This document shows, piece after piece, positions 54,884-64,000 of a DNA stretch of 64,000 nucleotides. The notes under the pieces were generated by a model. That model saw nothing but the letters and a program-made list of their open reading frames with translations, ran no database searches and was not told the DNA's origin. Position numbers and translations under genes: made by a program. The DNA lies in contig JBMORT010000006.1 of NCBI GenBank assembly GCA_049319825.1, forward strand, positions 80,012 through 144,011, read 5' to 3'. Positions within the stretch are counted from its first letter, which is position 1; every line of letters begins with the position of its first letter. Source of the stretch: Patescibacteria group bacterium (GTDB lineage: Bacteria; Patescibacteriota; Patescibacteriia; UBA11705; DATKZF01).

Positions 54884-56668
54884 ATGAAAATAAATAACCT
54901 TGTAATTCTTTTAAGTATTATATTGTGTGCCTTTTTTTTAGTTTTAATTAAGCCTAGCTCAGCGTTTTCATTGATAGAGCATGTTAAAGGTAAAATTTTA
55001 CTTCAAGTTCAAAGCAAAGGCGAAGCTTGGTATGTTTATCCCGACGAATTGAAAAGATATTATCTGGGGAGACCAGATGATGCGTTTAATATAATGAGAA
55101 ATTTGGGGCTGGGAATAACAAATGCGGATCTCAAAAAGATCCCAATAGGATACATCCCATCGACAGGGATTGATAGCGATGGAGATGGACTGTCAGATGC
55201 ATTTGAATATGCCTATGGGAGCGATATTAATAATGCGGATTCTGATGGAGACGGATATGATGATAAAACAGAGGTAATAAATGATTATTCTCCGCTTAAT
55301 CCAAGTCCTCAAAAATTAAATTTTGATTCAATATTGCGAAATAGATTATCAGGCAAGATTTTATTGCAGGTGGAAAGTAAAGGGGAAGCTTGGTATGTTT
55401 CACCTGATAATTTGAGGCGTTACTATTTGGGGCGGCCACACGACGCTTTTAATATAATGAGAGAATTGGGATTAGGAATTACAGAATCGGATTTAAATCA
55501 AATCGCAATATCTCCGAGTTCAGCGTCTGTTTCTTCTGCTCCTACTCCTACTCCTACTCAAACCAATCAGCCCAATCAGTCGCAACAGCCCGAGATTCCA
55601 GTTTTACAGGCTCCAAGCAGCCAAAGCATTGAAGACACCGGATCGGGAAATTCTCTTCGTATAAATTGGGTAAATTCTACTGCAAGTAATTTCTCTCATG
55701 TAAATATTTATCGCTCATTAATCAACGGACAGCTCGGTCAATTGATTTCAAGCACTCAGAGTAGTCCTTACCTTGATACTGGATTAACAAATTACGCGGT
55801 TTATTACTATACCATTCGTTCCGTTGATTCTTTTGGGAAGGAATCGACAAATATAGAACAGCTCAGTGAGATGCCAACTAAAAATTACGGGACGCCTCCA
55901 GCAGTCAATTTGGATTATGATTATAAGCACAATGGTGTTTTGGATGTTGATATAATTGTAGATGATGATTCTGGATATAATATAAACAGTGGAGAAATAG
56001 CAACGTTTTTTACGATTGCTAGAAATGAATTATATAAAAGGACAGGCCGGGTTATGGAAAAAAGAAATATTGATTTTCTTCCATTGGGCAACGGTACGGA
56101 ATCCGACATGGTAAGAGAACATCTAAGTAAGCAATTGATGATCCCTGAAGCTATTATCATTTTTACGTTTGGGAATGGTAATTCCGCTAAAATATTTGGC
56201 GGCTATTCCGCGCATTATTTTCTGGATACACAATTTTGTTCCGAATTTAGAGGCACTTCAAATGTTATTCCGCTTATAATCACGGATTGGCATCATTGGT
56301 ACGCTAGATGCGGGTATGATGATAATTTAAATAGAATCAGTGACGTTTCCATTGAGGGAGAATGTGGCAATATCCGGGGCACGACCTGTGTCCTGCGAGA
56401 CGATAAAGAATATTACATGTGTGAAAATTACATGAATGATTTGTATTCTAATCTGAATTTTGAAACCGCGGCTTTAGTGATTCATGAATTATTGCATCAA
56501 TATCAAGCGGGGGGAGTTTCAATGCACTATGGTACAGCCGAATGCATTGAAACTCTTAATTCAAATTTATTACAAGATCCAAATTTTCGTATAAACTCTC
56601 AGAAAAATTACGGGATGTGCCCAACTTCATATGAATTTTTACGAAATTCCTTTATAGCATGCCCCTAA
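54884..56668 (+). CDS. Secreted protein: two CPR-type GKILLQV repeats, DxDxDG Ca-binding loops, FN3 and a zincin (HEXXH) domain
   Basis: Signal peptide; 2x GKILLQV.SKGEAWYV.PD..RYYLGRP.DAF; DSDGDGLSD; YLDTGL..YYYTIRSVD; VIHELLH..H. Confidence 0.8.
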   Translation: MKINNLVILLSIILCAFFLVLIKPSSAFSLIEHVKGKILLQVQSKGEAWYVYPDELKRYYLGRPDDAFNIMRNLGLGITNADLKKIPIGYIPSTGIDSDGDGLSDAFEYAYGSDINNADSDGDGYDDKTEVINDYSPLNPSPQKLNFDSILRNRLSGKILLQVESKGEAWYVSPDNLRRYYLGRPHDAFNIMRELGLGITESDLNQIAISPSSASVSSAPTPTPTQTNQPNQSQQPEIPVLQAPSSQSIEDTGSGNSLRINWVNSTASNFSHVNIYRSLINGQLGQLISSTQSSPYLDTGLTNYAVYYYTIRSVDSFGKESTNIEQLSEMPTKNYGTPPAVNLDYDYKHNGVLDVDIIVDDDSGYNINSGEIATFFTIARNELYKRTGRVMEKRNIDFLPLGNGTESDMVREHLSKQLMIPEAIIIFTFGNGNSAKIFGGYSAHYFLDTQFCSEFRGTSNVIPLIITDWHHWYARCGYDDNLNRISDVSIEGECGNIRGTTCVLRDDKEYYMCENYMNDLYSNLNFETAALVIHELLHQYQAGGVSMHYGTAECIETLNSNLLQDPNFRINSQKNYGMCPTSYEFLRNSFIACP

Positions 56669-56693
56669 TTCGTCTGGTGTTTATTAAATAAAT

Positions 56694-57830
56694 ATGAAAA
56701 CAAAAATAAATTATCCTTACTGGCAAGCGGTGGCCGTTTTGGTCGGCACCATTGTCGGCGCCGGCATTTTGGGAATCCCATACGCGATTTCCAGATTTGG
56801 GTTTTGGCCGGGATTGGCGATGCTTGTAATATTGGGCTTGGCCGTGATGCTGATAAATTTGATGATGGGCGAAATAATTTTAAGAACCAAATTGCGGCAC
56901 CAGCTGATGGGCTATGCCCGAAAATATTTGGGCCGATGGGCGGGTCGCGTGGAAGGATTTGCCATGCTCTTTGCCAATTTCGGCGCGCTGGTGGCGTATA
57001 TTATCGGCATCAGCATCTCCAGCAGCGCGATTTTCGGCGGATCGGCGTTGTGGTACGGTTTGGGAGCGGCGTTCATCGGATCGTTGTTTATCTGGGTGGG
57101 TTTGGCGTTGGTAAAAAAAGTTGAGTTGGTCATGACATTGTTTTTATTTCTGGCGGTCATGATCATCGCGGCCATAATCTGGCCGGGTATCGAATATTCG
57201 AATTTGAATTACCTTGATTTAAGCAAATTCTTCGTGCCCTATGGCGTGCTTTTGTTTGCTTACGGAGGAATATATTCGATTTATTCGGTTCGAAAAATAT
57301 TGGAGAGAAAAGAAAGGCAAATAAAAAGCGCGATTATCGCCGCCTGCATCATTCCGATAATTTTATACGGTTTATTTGCTTTTTTAGTGATAGGGTTAAG
57401 CGGTATTGATTCAACTGAAGTGGCTACGGTCGGTTTGGGCGAGGCGCTTGGCCCGAAAATACTTTTATTGGCCAATATTTTTGCGATCATTTCCATGTTT
57501 ACCAGTTTTTTAACTATCGGAGTTTCGCTCTGGCAGCTGTTTCATTTTGACTTCAAATGGAACAAATTTTATTCATGGCTAACCGTCAGCGCCATTCCGA
57601 TCTCCGTTTTTTTATTAGGAAATCGATTTTTTATCAAGACATTGGCAATCGTTGGCAGCGTGGCTGTCGGATTAACCGGACTGATAATTATTTTGACATA
57701 TTGGCGGGCAAAATATTCCCGGGAGCGCAAACCCGAATACACATTGCCCAAATTTAAAATATTGGGCTGGGGCTTGATTTTAATGTTTGTTTTGGGTATA
57801 ATAATTACCTTGGTGGAAGAATTGGTATAG
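56694..57830 (+). CDS. Aromatic amino acid permease (TyrP/Mtr/HAAAP family)
   Basis: LVGTIVGAGILGIPY, PYGVLLFAYGG, MFTSFL; about 11 TMs. Confidence 0.88.
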   Translation: MKTKINYPYWQAVAVLVGTIVGAGILGIPYAISRFGFWPGLAMLVILGLAVMLINLMMGEIILRTKLRHQLMGYARKYLGRWAGRVEGFAMLFANFGALVAYIIGISISSSAIFGGSALWYGLGAAFIGSLFIWVGLALVKKVELVMTLFLFLAVMIIAAIIWPGIEYSNLNYLDLSKFFVPYGVLLFAYGGIYSIYSVRKILERKERQIKSAIIAACIIPIILYGLFAFLVIGLSGIDSTEVATVGLGEALGPKILLLANIFAIISMFTSFLTIGVSLWQLFHFDFKWNKFYSWLTVSAIPISVFLLGNRFFIKTLAIVGSVAVGLTGLIIILTYWRAKYSRERKPEYTLPKFKILGWGLILMFVLGIIITLVEELV

Positions 57831-57909
57831 TCCTAAGGCGGCAGGCGGGTACATCAGCATCGCTTGCTTCATGCTTCAGCAATAAGTATTCCAGCTGACA
57901 TATAATTTC

Positions 57910-59409
57910 ATGGCCCATAATCCTCCAAAAACCAAATATTATCGCTTTCTGGAAATGATTCCGGGAACTTTGATTTGGGCCACTTTTATCGGCGCTATCG
58001 TTTTATCGTTTTTTAAGCCCATTTGGGCCATTTATTTTATCATCGCGTTTGATTTGTATTGGGTTTTTCGGGTTTCATATTTCATTTTTTATGTCGCGCT
58101 GGCCTGGCGACGGTATAAAAAGGATGTCAATCATGATTGGGTGGCGGACATTAAGAAAATCAATGATTGGGAACGAATTTATCATTTGGTTTTTTTGCCG
58201 ACGTACAATGAACCTTATGAGGTTTTAGATACCACTTTTAAAAATTTGACTCAGTCCACCTACCCGCTCGATAAAATGATCGTGGTACTGGCCGGAGAAG
58301 AGCGGGCCAAGGAGCATTTTGAAAAAGTTTCGAGGCAAGTCAAGGAAAAGTACGGCCATAAATTTTTTAAATTCGTAATCACTCTGCATCCGGACAATGT
58401 TGAAGGCGAAATGAAAGCCAAAGGCGCCAACGCCGCTTACGCGGGCAGGGAAGTAAAAAAACTGATAGATAATGAATGGAAAATTCCTTATCAAGATATA
58501 ATCGTTTCTTATTTCGATTGCGACACGGTCGTCCATCCTAAATATTTCGCCTGCTTGGCTTACAAATATTTAACCAGCCCGAATCCGACGCGCACGTCTT
58601 ACCAGCCGGCGGTTTTGTACAATAATAATATTTGGGACGCACCGATCATTACCCGGGTGACTGCGTTCGGCACCATATTCTGGCTGATGACCGATTTGCT
58701 CAGGCCGGAGCGGCTGTTCACCTTTTCTTCGCACAGCATGAGCTGGCAGGCTTTGGTTGACGTTGACTTCTGGCAGTCGGATATTGTCACTGACGATTCG
58801 AGAATTTTTTTGCAGTGTTTTATGCGTTATGACGGCGATTATTCGGTTACGCCGATTTATGTGCCGGTGTCCATGGATGCGGTGTTGGCCGACAATTATT
58901 GGGATAATTTTAAAAATTTATACAAGCAGCAGCGGCGCTGGGGCTATGGCGTGGAGCATTTCCCATACATGGTTTGGAATTTTAAACATAAAAAGGATAA
59001 AATTACTTTTGGGAAAAGATTTAAGTATCTATTCAATATCACTGAGGGCATGTATTCCTGGGTGACAGCTCCGATTTTGATTTTTATTTTAGGTCGTTTG
59101 CCGTTGTGGTGGGTTCAGTTTGGAGCGGAATCGACCAACGTACTGGTACAAAACGCGCCATTCGTTTTAGAAAAATTAATGGCGGTGGCCATGTCCGGAA
59201 TTTTTATTTCTGCCATCTTGAGCATTTTATTATTACCGCCTAGACCAAAAACACATAGCCCGTTAAAATATTTGGCCATGTTTCTTCAATGGCTGCTGCT
59301 GCCGATAACCTTGATCGTTTTCGGATCGATTCCGGCCGCCGAAGCGCAGACAAGGCTGATGTTGGGGAAATACTTGGGTTTCTTTGTTACCCCAAAGGTG
59401 CGGAAGTAA
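57910..59409 (+). CDS. Membrane GT2 glycosyltransferase (processive type)
   Basis: LPTYNEP, KAKGAN, FDCD, VTDD, QQRRW (QxxRW), FFVTPK; N- and C-terminal TMs. Confidence 0.9.
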   Translation: MAHNPPKTKYYRFLEMIPGTLIWATFIGAIVLSFFKPIWAIYFIIAFDLYWVFRVSYFIFYVALAWRRYKKDVNHDWVADIKKINDWERIYHLVFLPTYNEPYEVLDTTFKNLTQSTYPLDKMIVVLAGEERAKEHFEKVSRQVKEKYGHKFFKFVITLHPDNVEGEMKAKGANAAYAGREVKKLIDNEWKIPYQDIIVSYFDCDTVVHPKYFACLAYKYLTSPNPTRTSYQPAVLYNNNIWDAPIITRVTAFGTIFWLMTDLLRPERLFTFSSHSMSWQALVDVDFWQSDIVTDDSRIFLQCFMRYDGDYSVTPIYVPVSMDAVLADNYWDNFKNLYKQQRRWGYGVEHFPYMVWNFKHKKDKITFGKRFKYLFNITEGMYSWVTAPILIFILGRLPLWWVQFGAESTNVLVQNAPFVLEKLMAVAMSGIFISAILSILLLPPRPKTHSPLKYLAMFLQWLLLPITLIVFGSIPAAEAQTRLMLGKYLGFFVTPKVRK

Positions 59410-59424
59410 ACATATAGGAAATTT

Positions 59425-59565
59425 TAAATCCGAATATCTAAATTTTAAACAAATGCAAATATCAAAATTCCAAATTCCCAACTTCGAATACTAATAATTT
59501 AAGACATTGGGGCATTTGAATTTAGATATTGTTTAGGATTTAGAAATTATTGCTTAGAATTTTAA
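59425..59565. repeat. Low-complexity heptamer inverted-arm element
   Basis: AAATCCGAATATCTAAAT..AAATTCC-AAATTCC mirrored by ATTTGAATTTAGATATTG-TTTAGGATTTAGAAATT. Confidence 0.6.
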
Positions 59566-59568
59566 ATT

Positions 59569-60546
59569 ATGGCAAAAGTTTCCGTCAACTTAGTCACCTG
59601 GAACGGCTCCAAATATATTTTGGATTGCTTGAAATATTTATTCAATCAGAGTTTTCGTGATTTCAGCTTATTAATTATCGATAATGGCTCGACCGACGAC
59701 ACGCTGAGTTTAATCAAAGAAAAATATCCGCATTTAAAAATCGTCACCCACAGCGATAATCAAGGTTTCGCCAAAGCGCACAATCAAGCCATCCACTGGA
59801 CAAAAAGCGATTACGTGCTGACGCTTAACCAGGATATTGTTTTGGAACCTGATTTTTTGGAAAGACTGGTGGATTTTATGGAGAATCATCCGGAATCGGG
59901 TTCGGTCACCGGCAAGCTTCGACGCTGGCAGGCGAATCAGAAAACCAAATATATAGATTCCATCGGATTCCAAATATATAAAAATCATCGGGTGGTGGAT
60001 TTGGGCAGCGGCGAGCTGGACGAAGGGCAATATGATGACGTGTCGGAGATTTTTGGCGTTTCGGGCGCGGCGCCGCTGTATCGTCGGTCGGCGCTTGAAG
60101 AAGTGATGGAAAACAGTCAGTTTTTTGATGAAGATTTTTTTAGCTATAAGGAGGATGTTGATTTGGCCTATCGTTTGCAATGGCAAGGCTGGAAATCTTA
60201 TAAAGTGCCTCAAGCCGTCGCCTACCATGATCGCTCCGTATCCGGACCGGTAAATCAAATGTCTAAGGGTCAGATCGCCAAAAATCGAAGATTGAAGTCT
60301 AAATTCGCCAATTATCATTCGTACAGAAATCATCTGTATATGTTGACGAAAAACGCTCCGCGGCTGACAGGCAGAATATTTTTTTATGAATTGATTAAGA
60401 TTTTATACATCTCGTTTGCCGAACCGGGCACGCTTAAAGCGTTCGGAGAATATTGGCGCAATCGTAAAAGATTTTTGGAAAAGCGGCGGGTGATTATGGC
60501 CGGAAAAAAGGTTGAATTTACCGAAGTTCAAAAGTGGCTGGTCTAA
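59569..60546 (+). CDS. GT2 glycosyltransferase
   Basis: VSVNLVTWN, IDNGSTD, GFAKAHN, LNQD, SGAAPLYRR, YKEDVDLAYR. Confidence 0.93.
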   Translation: MAKVSVNLVTWNGSKYILDCLKYLFNQSFRDFSLLIIDNGSTDDTLSLIKEKYPHLKIVTHSDNQGFAKAHNQAIHWTKSDYVLTLNQDIVLEPDFLERLVDFMENHPESGSVTGKLRRWQANQKTKYIDSIGFQIYKNHRVVDLGSGELDEGQYDDVSEIFGVSGAAPLYRRSALEEVMENSQFFDEDFFSYKEDVDLAYRLQWQGWKSYKVPQAVAYHDRSVSGPVNQMSKGQIAKNRRLKSKFANYHSYRNHLYMLTKNAPRLTGRIFFYELIKILYISFAEPGTLKAFGEYWRNRKRFLEKRRVIMAGKKVEFTEVQKWLV

Positions 60547-60597
60547 AATTATGCGTTGCCGCTTGTTGTCGCATAATAATTGGGGGAGATTGAATAT

Positions 60598-61398
60598 ATG
60601 GAATTGTCAATAATAATTTTAACTTATAAAAGCAAAAATCTGGTTCGATTCGCGCTTAAGGATCTGTTCGAGAGCGATTTACCGAGTGAGACTGAAGTTA
60701 TTGTTGTTGATAATGATTCCCAGGACGGTATTGAAGAAATGGTTAAAAATGAATATCCGCAAGTACGATTCATTCAGTCGGGCTCCAATCTGGGATTTGC
60801 CGGCGGAAACAATGTCGGCATTCGTGCGGCGCGGGGTAAATATGTTTTGATAATGAATCCGGATATATTCGTGCAAGACAATACCATTCGAAAATTGTAT
60901 AATTATATTAAAGACAGGGAAAATGATTGTATCGGTTTGGTCGCGCCCAGACTGAATAATCCGGATGGCTCGCTCCAGAATACGGCTTATCGATTTCATA
61001 AGTGGTTCACTCCGATTTATCGGCGCACCTTTTTAGGCAAAATAAAAAGAGGAAAAAAGCATCTTGATGATTTTTTGATGTCGGACTGGGGGCACGACAC
61101 GGTTAAAGAAGTGGATTGGGTTCAAGGCTCATGCTTTATCTCCCCGAAAAAATTGATTGAGGACATAAATTTTTTTGATGAGCGCTACTTCATGTATATG
61201 GAAGATATGGATCTTTGCCGAAAAATTAAAATGGCCGGAGAGAAAGTAATTTATTATCCGGAAAGTCAGGCTGTTCATCTGCACCGGAAAGAATCAGCCG
61301 AAGGCCGCTGGCATCAGATTTTCACCAATAAAATGACGCGCACCCACATCCAAAGCTGGTTGAAGTATATGTGGAAGTTTAGAAAAATGAAACTGTAA
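60598..61398 (+). CDS. GT2 glycosyltransferase (WbbL-like)
   Basis: VVDNDSQD, NLGFAGGNN, MNPD, VDWVQGSC, FDERYFMYMEDMDLC. Confidence 0.93.
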   Translation: MELSIIILTYKSKNLVRFALKDLFESDLPSETEVIVVDNDSQDGIEEMVKNEYPQVRFIQSGSNLGFAGGNNVGIRAARGKYVLIMNPDIFVQDNTIRKLYNYIKDRENDCIGLVAPRLNNPDGSLQNTAYRFHKWFTPIYRRTFLGKIKRGKKHLDDFLMSDWGHDTVKEVDWVQGSCFISPKKLIEDINFFDERYFMYMEDMDLCRKIKMAGEKVIYYPESQAVHLHRKESAEGRWHQIFTNKMTRTHIQSWLKYMWKFRKMKL

Positions 61399-61534
61399 AT
61401 TATCCGCCGGAGCCGAATTCGCCCTTGGCGGAGAAATCGGGGATTGGAAAATGGAAATTAATCTGAATTTAATTTTATAAAATCGTTCCCTAATTTCCAT
61501 TTTCTTATTTCCAATCTCTAATTTCCCAAACCCC

Positions 61535-63505
61535 ATGCTTGTCGACCAATTGAAAAATTTAAATTCGGAGCCTGATGGCAAGAAAAAAATCGCCACCGCG
61601 CTCGGACGAGCGGTTATTGGTTTTATTCGAGTTTTGCCAACTTTTTTTGTCGTACTAGCCATCTCGTTGGTAATGGCGATCGTGACCGTGGCTGTTTTAT
61701 TATTGCCTTATTTTTCCAGCATAAAATCAATATACACGGACACGCACGCGGCCGTGGAAAATTTAAAATTGGCTCAGATTGAATTATTGAATCGCGACTT
61801 CACCGAGGCCAAGGCTCCGCTAGAGCAGGCTAAGTCCAGATTTGAAAGAGCGCAAAAAACTTTGGCGCCGCTTAAAAACAGTTATTATTCCAGAATTTAC
61901 TATATTGATCAGCAGCTTTTGGGAATTGACGATTTGCTGGAGATCGGAATTCAAATATCAGATTCATTGATCGCCGCCAATCAGCTTGGTTTGGAATTTA
62001 CCGATATTATTGAAAATCAAAATTTAAAATTTTCTCAGCTGTCACGGGCGGATAAACATGAAATTTTGGGCGCGCTCTATGATGCCGGACCGCAGCTGGA
62101 AAAAATACAGAGTAATTTGAATATCGCCACGACCCGGTTAAAAGATTTTAATGACCGGCCCATGTTTGCTCTAATTAAAAACGCGGCTCAACCGATTGAA
62201 GAAAATTTGCCCAAATTCCAGCCGATTTTTGAAAATATCGCCGTATACGGCAAGGCGTTGCCTGAGCTGGCCGGTTATCAAAAACAAATGAACTATTTGT
62301 TTTTGCTTCAAAACAATGATGAATTGCGACCGGGTGGCGGATTTATCGGTACGTATGGCGTGATTCAAGTAAAAGACGCGGATTTTGTGGATTTTTTCAC
62401 AGATAATATTTATAAACTTGACCGACTGGCAGAAGGCGTTTTGAAGGTCGAACCGCCAAAGCCCGTAAAAGAAGAGCTTAAGCAAAATTATTGGTATATG
62501 CGCGATGCCAATTGGTGGCATGATTTTCCAAGGTCAGCGGCCAATGTCGAGTGGTTCTACCAGGCTGAAAACGGACCGATTAAGCAAATTGACGGAGTGA
62601 TCGCCATCACTCAGACTTTCATCGAAAGTTTGATTTCCGTCACCGGCCCGATAACGGTTGACGGCATAACATTTACCAGAGAAAATTTTACCGATCAGCT
62701 TCAATTTGAAGTGGAAAAAGGGTATGAGCTGGCCGGAATCGAGGAAGAACAAAGAAAAGAAATAATCAGACCGTTGGCTGAACAGATCATTTCGAAAATT
62801 ATGTCTCTGCCGAGGTCAGAGTGGTTAAAATTGTTTGATTTGATCGATCAAAATATTGATGAAAAGCAAGTATTGTTTTACGCGAAAGATAAAAATTTGC
62901 AATCGGAGTTATCCAATATCGGCTGGACCGGGGAAGCGTACATGGGCGATGACGATTATTTGGCTGTAGTCGATGCCAATCTAGCGGCCTTGAAGACTGA
63001 TTCGGTGATGGTCAGAGATTATGAATATCGGCTCGAAGAAAAAAATGACGGGCTTTATGCCAATGTCCATCTGACATATGAGAATCTCGGACTGTTCACC
63101 TGGAAAACGACACGCTATCGCACCTATAATCGAATATATGTTCCGGCCGGCAGCCAGCTGATCAGCTATCGACAAGGTGGACGATTATTGGATATCAATA
63201 AAATTGAGGTTTTCGAAGAGCTGGGTAAACAAGTTTTTGGGCATTTTTTCATGATTGAGCCCAAGGCGACGGAAACGATTGATGTCGCTTATAAGCTGCC
63301 GGATAAGGTGGCCCAGCAGCTCCGAGAGGATGAATATCAATTGGTAATTCAAAAGCAACCGGGTTTGGATCATGCCGGCTTGAAAGTGGAAATGATTTTT
63401 ATCAAGCCGATATCAGCGGTCAATGAAAATTTGGAAAAATTCGGCCAGACAGTGAAGTCTGCCGGCGAGCTGAGAGAAGATATGGAGTTTAAAGTGGAAT
63501 TTTAG
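61535..63505 (+). CDS. DUF4012 domain-containing membrane-anchored protein
   Basis: N-terminal TM, helical stalk, YLFLLQNNDELRPGGGFIG, RDANW..DFP, DGVIAI, RIYVP.GS, QKQPG. Confidence 0.9.
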   Translation: MLVDQLKNLNSEPDGKKKIATALGRAVIGFIRVLPTFFVVLAISLVMAIVTVAVLLLPYFSSIKSIYTDTHAAVENLKLAQIELLNRDFTEAKAPLEQAKSRFERAQKTLAPLKNSYYSRIYYIDQQLLGIDDLLEIGIQISDSLIAANQLGLEFTDIIENQNLKFSQLSRADKHEILGALYDAGPQLEKIQSNLNIATTRLKDFNDRPMFALIKNAAQPIEENLPKFQPIFENIAVYGKALPELAGYQKQMNYLFLLQNNDELRPGGGFIGTYGVIQVKDADFVDFFTDNIYKLDRLAEGVLKVEPPKPVKEELKQNYWYMRDANWWHDFPRSAANVEWFYQAENGPIKQIDGVIAITQTFIESLISVTGPITVDGITFTRENFTDQLQFEVEKGYELAGIEEEQRKEIIRPLAEQIISKIMSLPRSEWLKLFDLIDQNIDEKQVLFYAKDKNLQSELSNIGWTGEAYMGDDDYLAVVDANLAALKTDSVMVRDYEYRLEEKNDGLYANVHLTYENLGLFTWKTTRYRTYNRIYVPAGSQLISYRQGGRLLDINKIEVFEELGKQVFGHFFMIEPKATETIDVAYKLPDKVAQQLREDEYQLVIQKQPGLDHAGLKVEMIFIKPISAVNENLEKFGQTVKSAGELREDMEFKVEF

Positions 63506-63554
63506 TCGAATGAAAAAGAAATGATGAAATAAACAGGATAATGATCAAAATATG

Positions 63555-63665
63555 CGTCCCCGTCAGGGGACGTTTTTTATGCCGGCCATGGGCGCGCGGT
63601 GCGCGCGTAGGGGCAGGTCGCGACCGGCCCCTACCATCCGCCGCGGCGGATGCGCCATGGCCGGC
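63555..63665. repeat. Compound nested palindrome containing a GTAG-type REP
   Basis: CGTCCCC..GGGGACG; outer GCCGGCCATGG..CCATGGCCGGC enclosing GCGCGC..GCGCGC, GTAGGGGC-AGGTCGCGACCG-GCCCCTAC (63607-63634) and ATCCGCC-GC-GGCGGAT. Confidence 0.75.
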
Positions 63666-63705
63666 AATTTGTGAATTGCACGGGAATTTGATAAAATCTT
63701 TTTGT

Positions 63706-64000
63706 ATGAAGTTCACCCACCTCCACGTCCACAGCCACTACAGCCTGCTCGACGGATTGGCGAAAATCGACGATCTGATCGAAAAGGCGAAAAATGACGG
63801 CATGACCGCCCTGGCTTTGACAGATCACGGCGTCATGTACGGCGCCATTGAATTTTATCAAAAGTGCTCGGCCGCTGGCATTAAACCCATTATCGGTGTT
63901 GAGGCTTATATCGCTTCCAATGGTCGAAAAGATAAAAATTCCGTTAGCGGCAATCAGCGTTACCATGTGATATTGCTGGCGCAAAATGAGGCCGGTTACA
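63706..64000 (+). CDS. dnaE: DNA polymerase III alpha subunit, PHP domain (3'-truncated by window edge)
   Basis: MKFTHLHVHSHYSLLDG, ALALTDHGVMYGA, IKPIIGVEAY, HVILLAQNE.GY. Confidence 0.95.
   Translation, partial: MKFTHLHVHSHYSLLDGLAKIDDLIEKAKNDGMTALALTDHGVMYGAIEFYQKCSAAGIKPIIGVEAYIASNGRKDKNSVSGNQRYHVILLAQNEAGY

Noticed and set aside
63631-63984. 117-aa minus-strand ORF
   Set aside because: Antisense to the dnaE 5' end, which the ORF track missed because it runs off the window.
1-64000. Alternative genetic code 25 (UGA=Gly, as in Gracilibacteria/Absconditabacteria)
   Set aside because: Conserved genes are full-length under code 11, and TGA acts as a stop (adk at 14918; 33118).

Overview
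This window looks like a Patescibacteria (CPR; Parcubacteria/ABY1-like) chromosome segment in genetic code 11. Evidence for this: rpmD is missing from the spc operon, core genes have SD-less AT-rich leaders, and CPR-type surface-protein domains and intergenic repeats are present. Bases 1-15.7 kb hold fusA (partial), an inserted ORF, tuf, the S10/spc ribosomal protein operons, secY, adk and map, with no alpha operon following. Next come yqgF, recO, two self-contained Zn-ribbon microprotein cassettes, tRNA-Val(GAC), an unusual tRNA-Ile(UAU), two large secreted/fibre proteins, a divergent RelA/SpoT-like nucleotidyltransferase, tRNA-Pro, a degenerate DHH protein and valS-tyrS-argS. A 12-kb surface-structure cluster follows: WxL-like, DUF916-like, FN3/Cys-Asp-repeat membrane protein, a 1725-aa tail-spike-like protein, O-antigen-ligase/TPR and bactofilin. 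The rest holds tRNA-Leu, pyk, an SRAP-like protein, an HTH/Doc toxin-antitoxin pair coupled to ppsA, a surface zincin, an aromatic amino acid permease, three GT2s, DUF4012 and the start of dnaE. The most notable signals are tRNA-Ile(UAU), a hairpin repeat family anchored on tRNA CCA ends, a repeat end at a fixed distance upstream of three start codons, amphipathic tails on exit-tunnel ribosomal proteins, the orphan RelA-like enzyme and the surface fibre cluster. All calls come from reading the sequence by eye; no searches were run.
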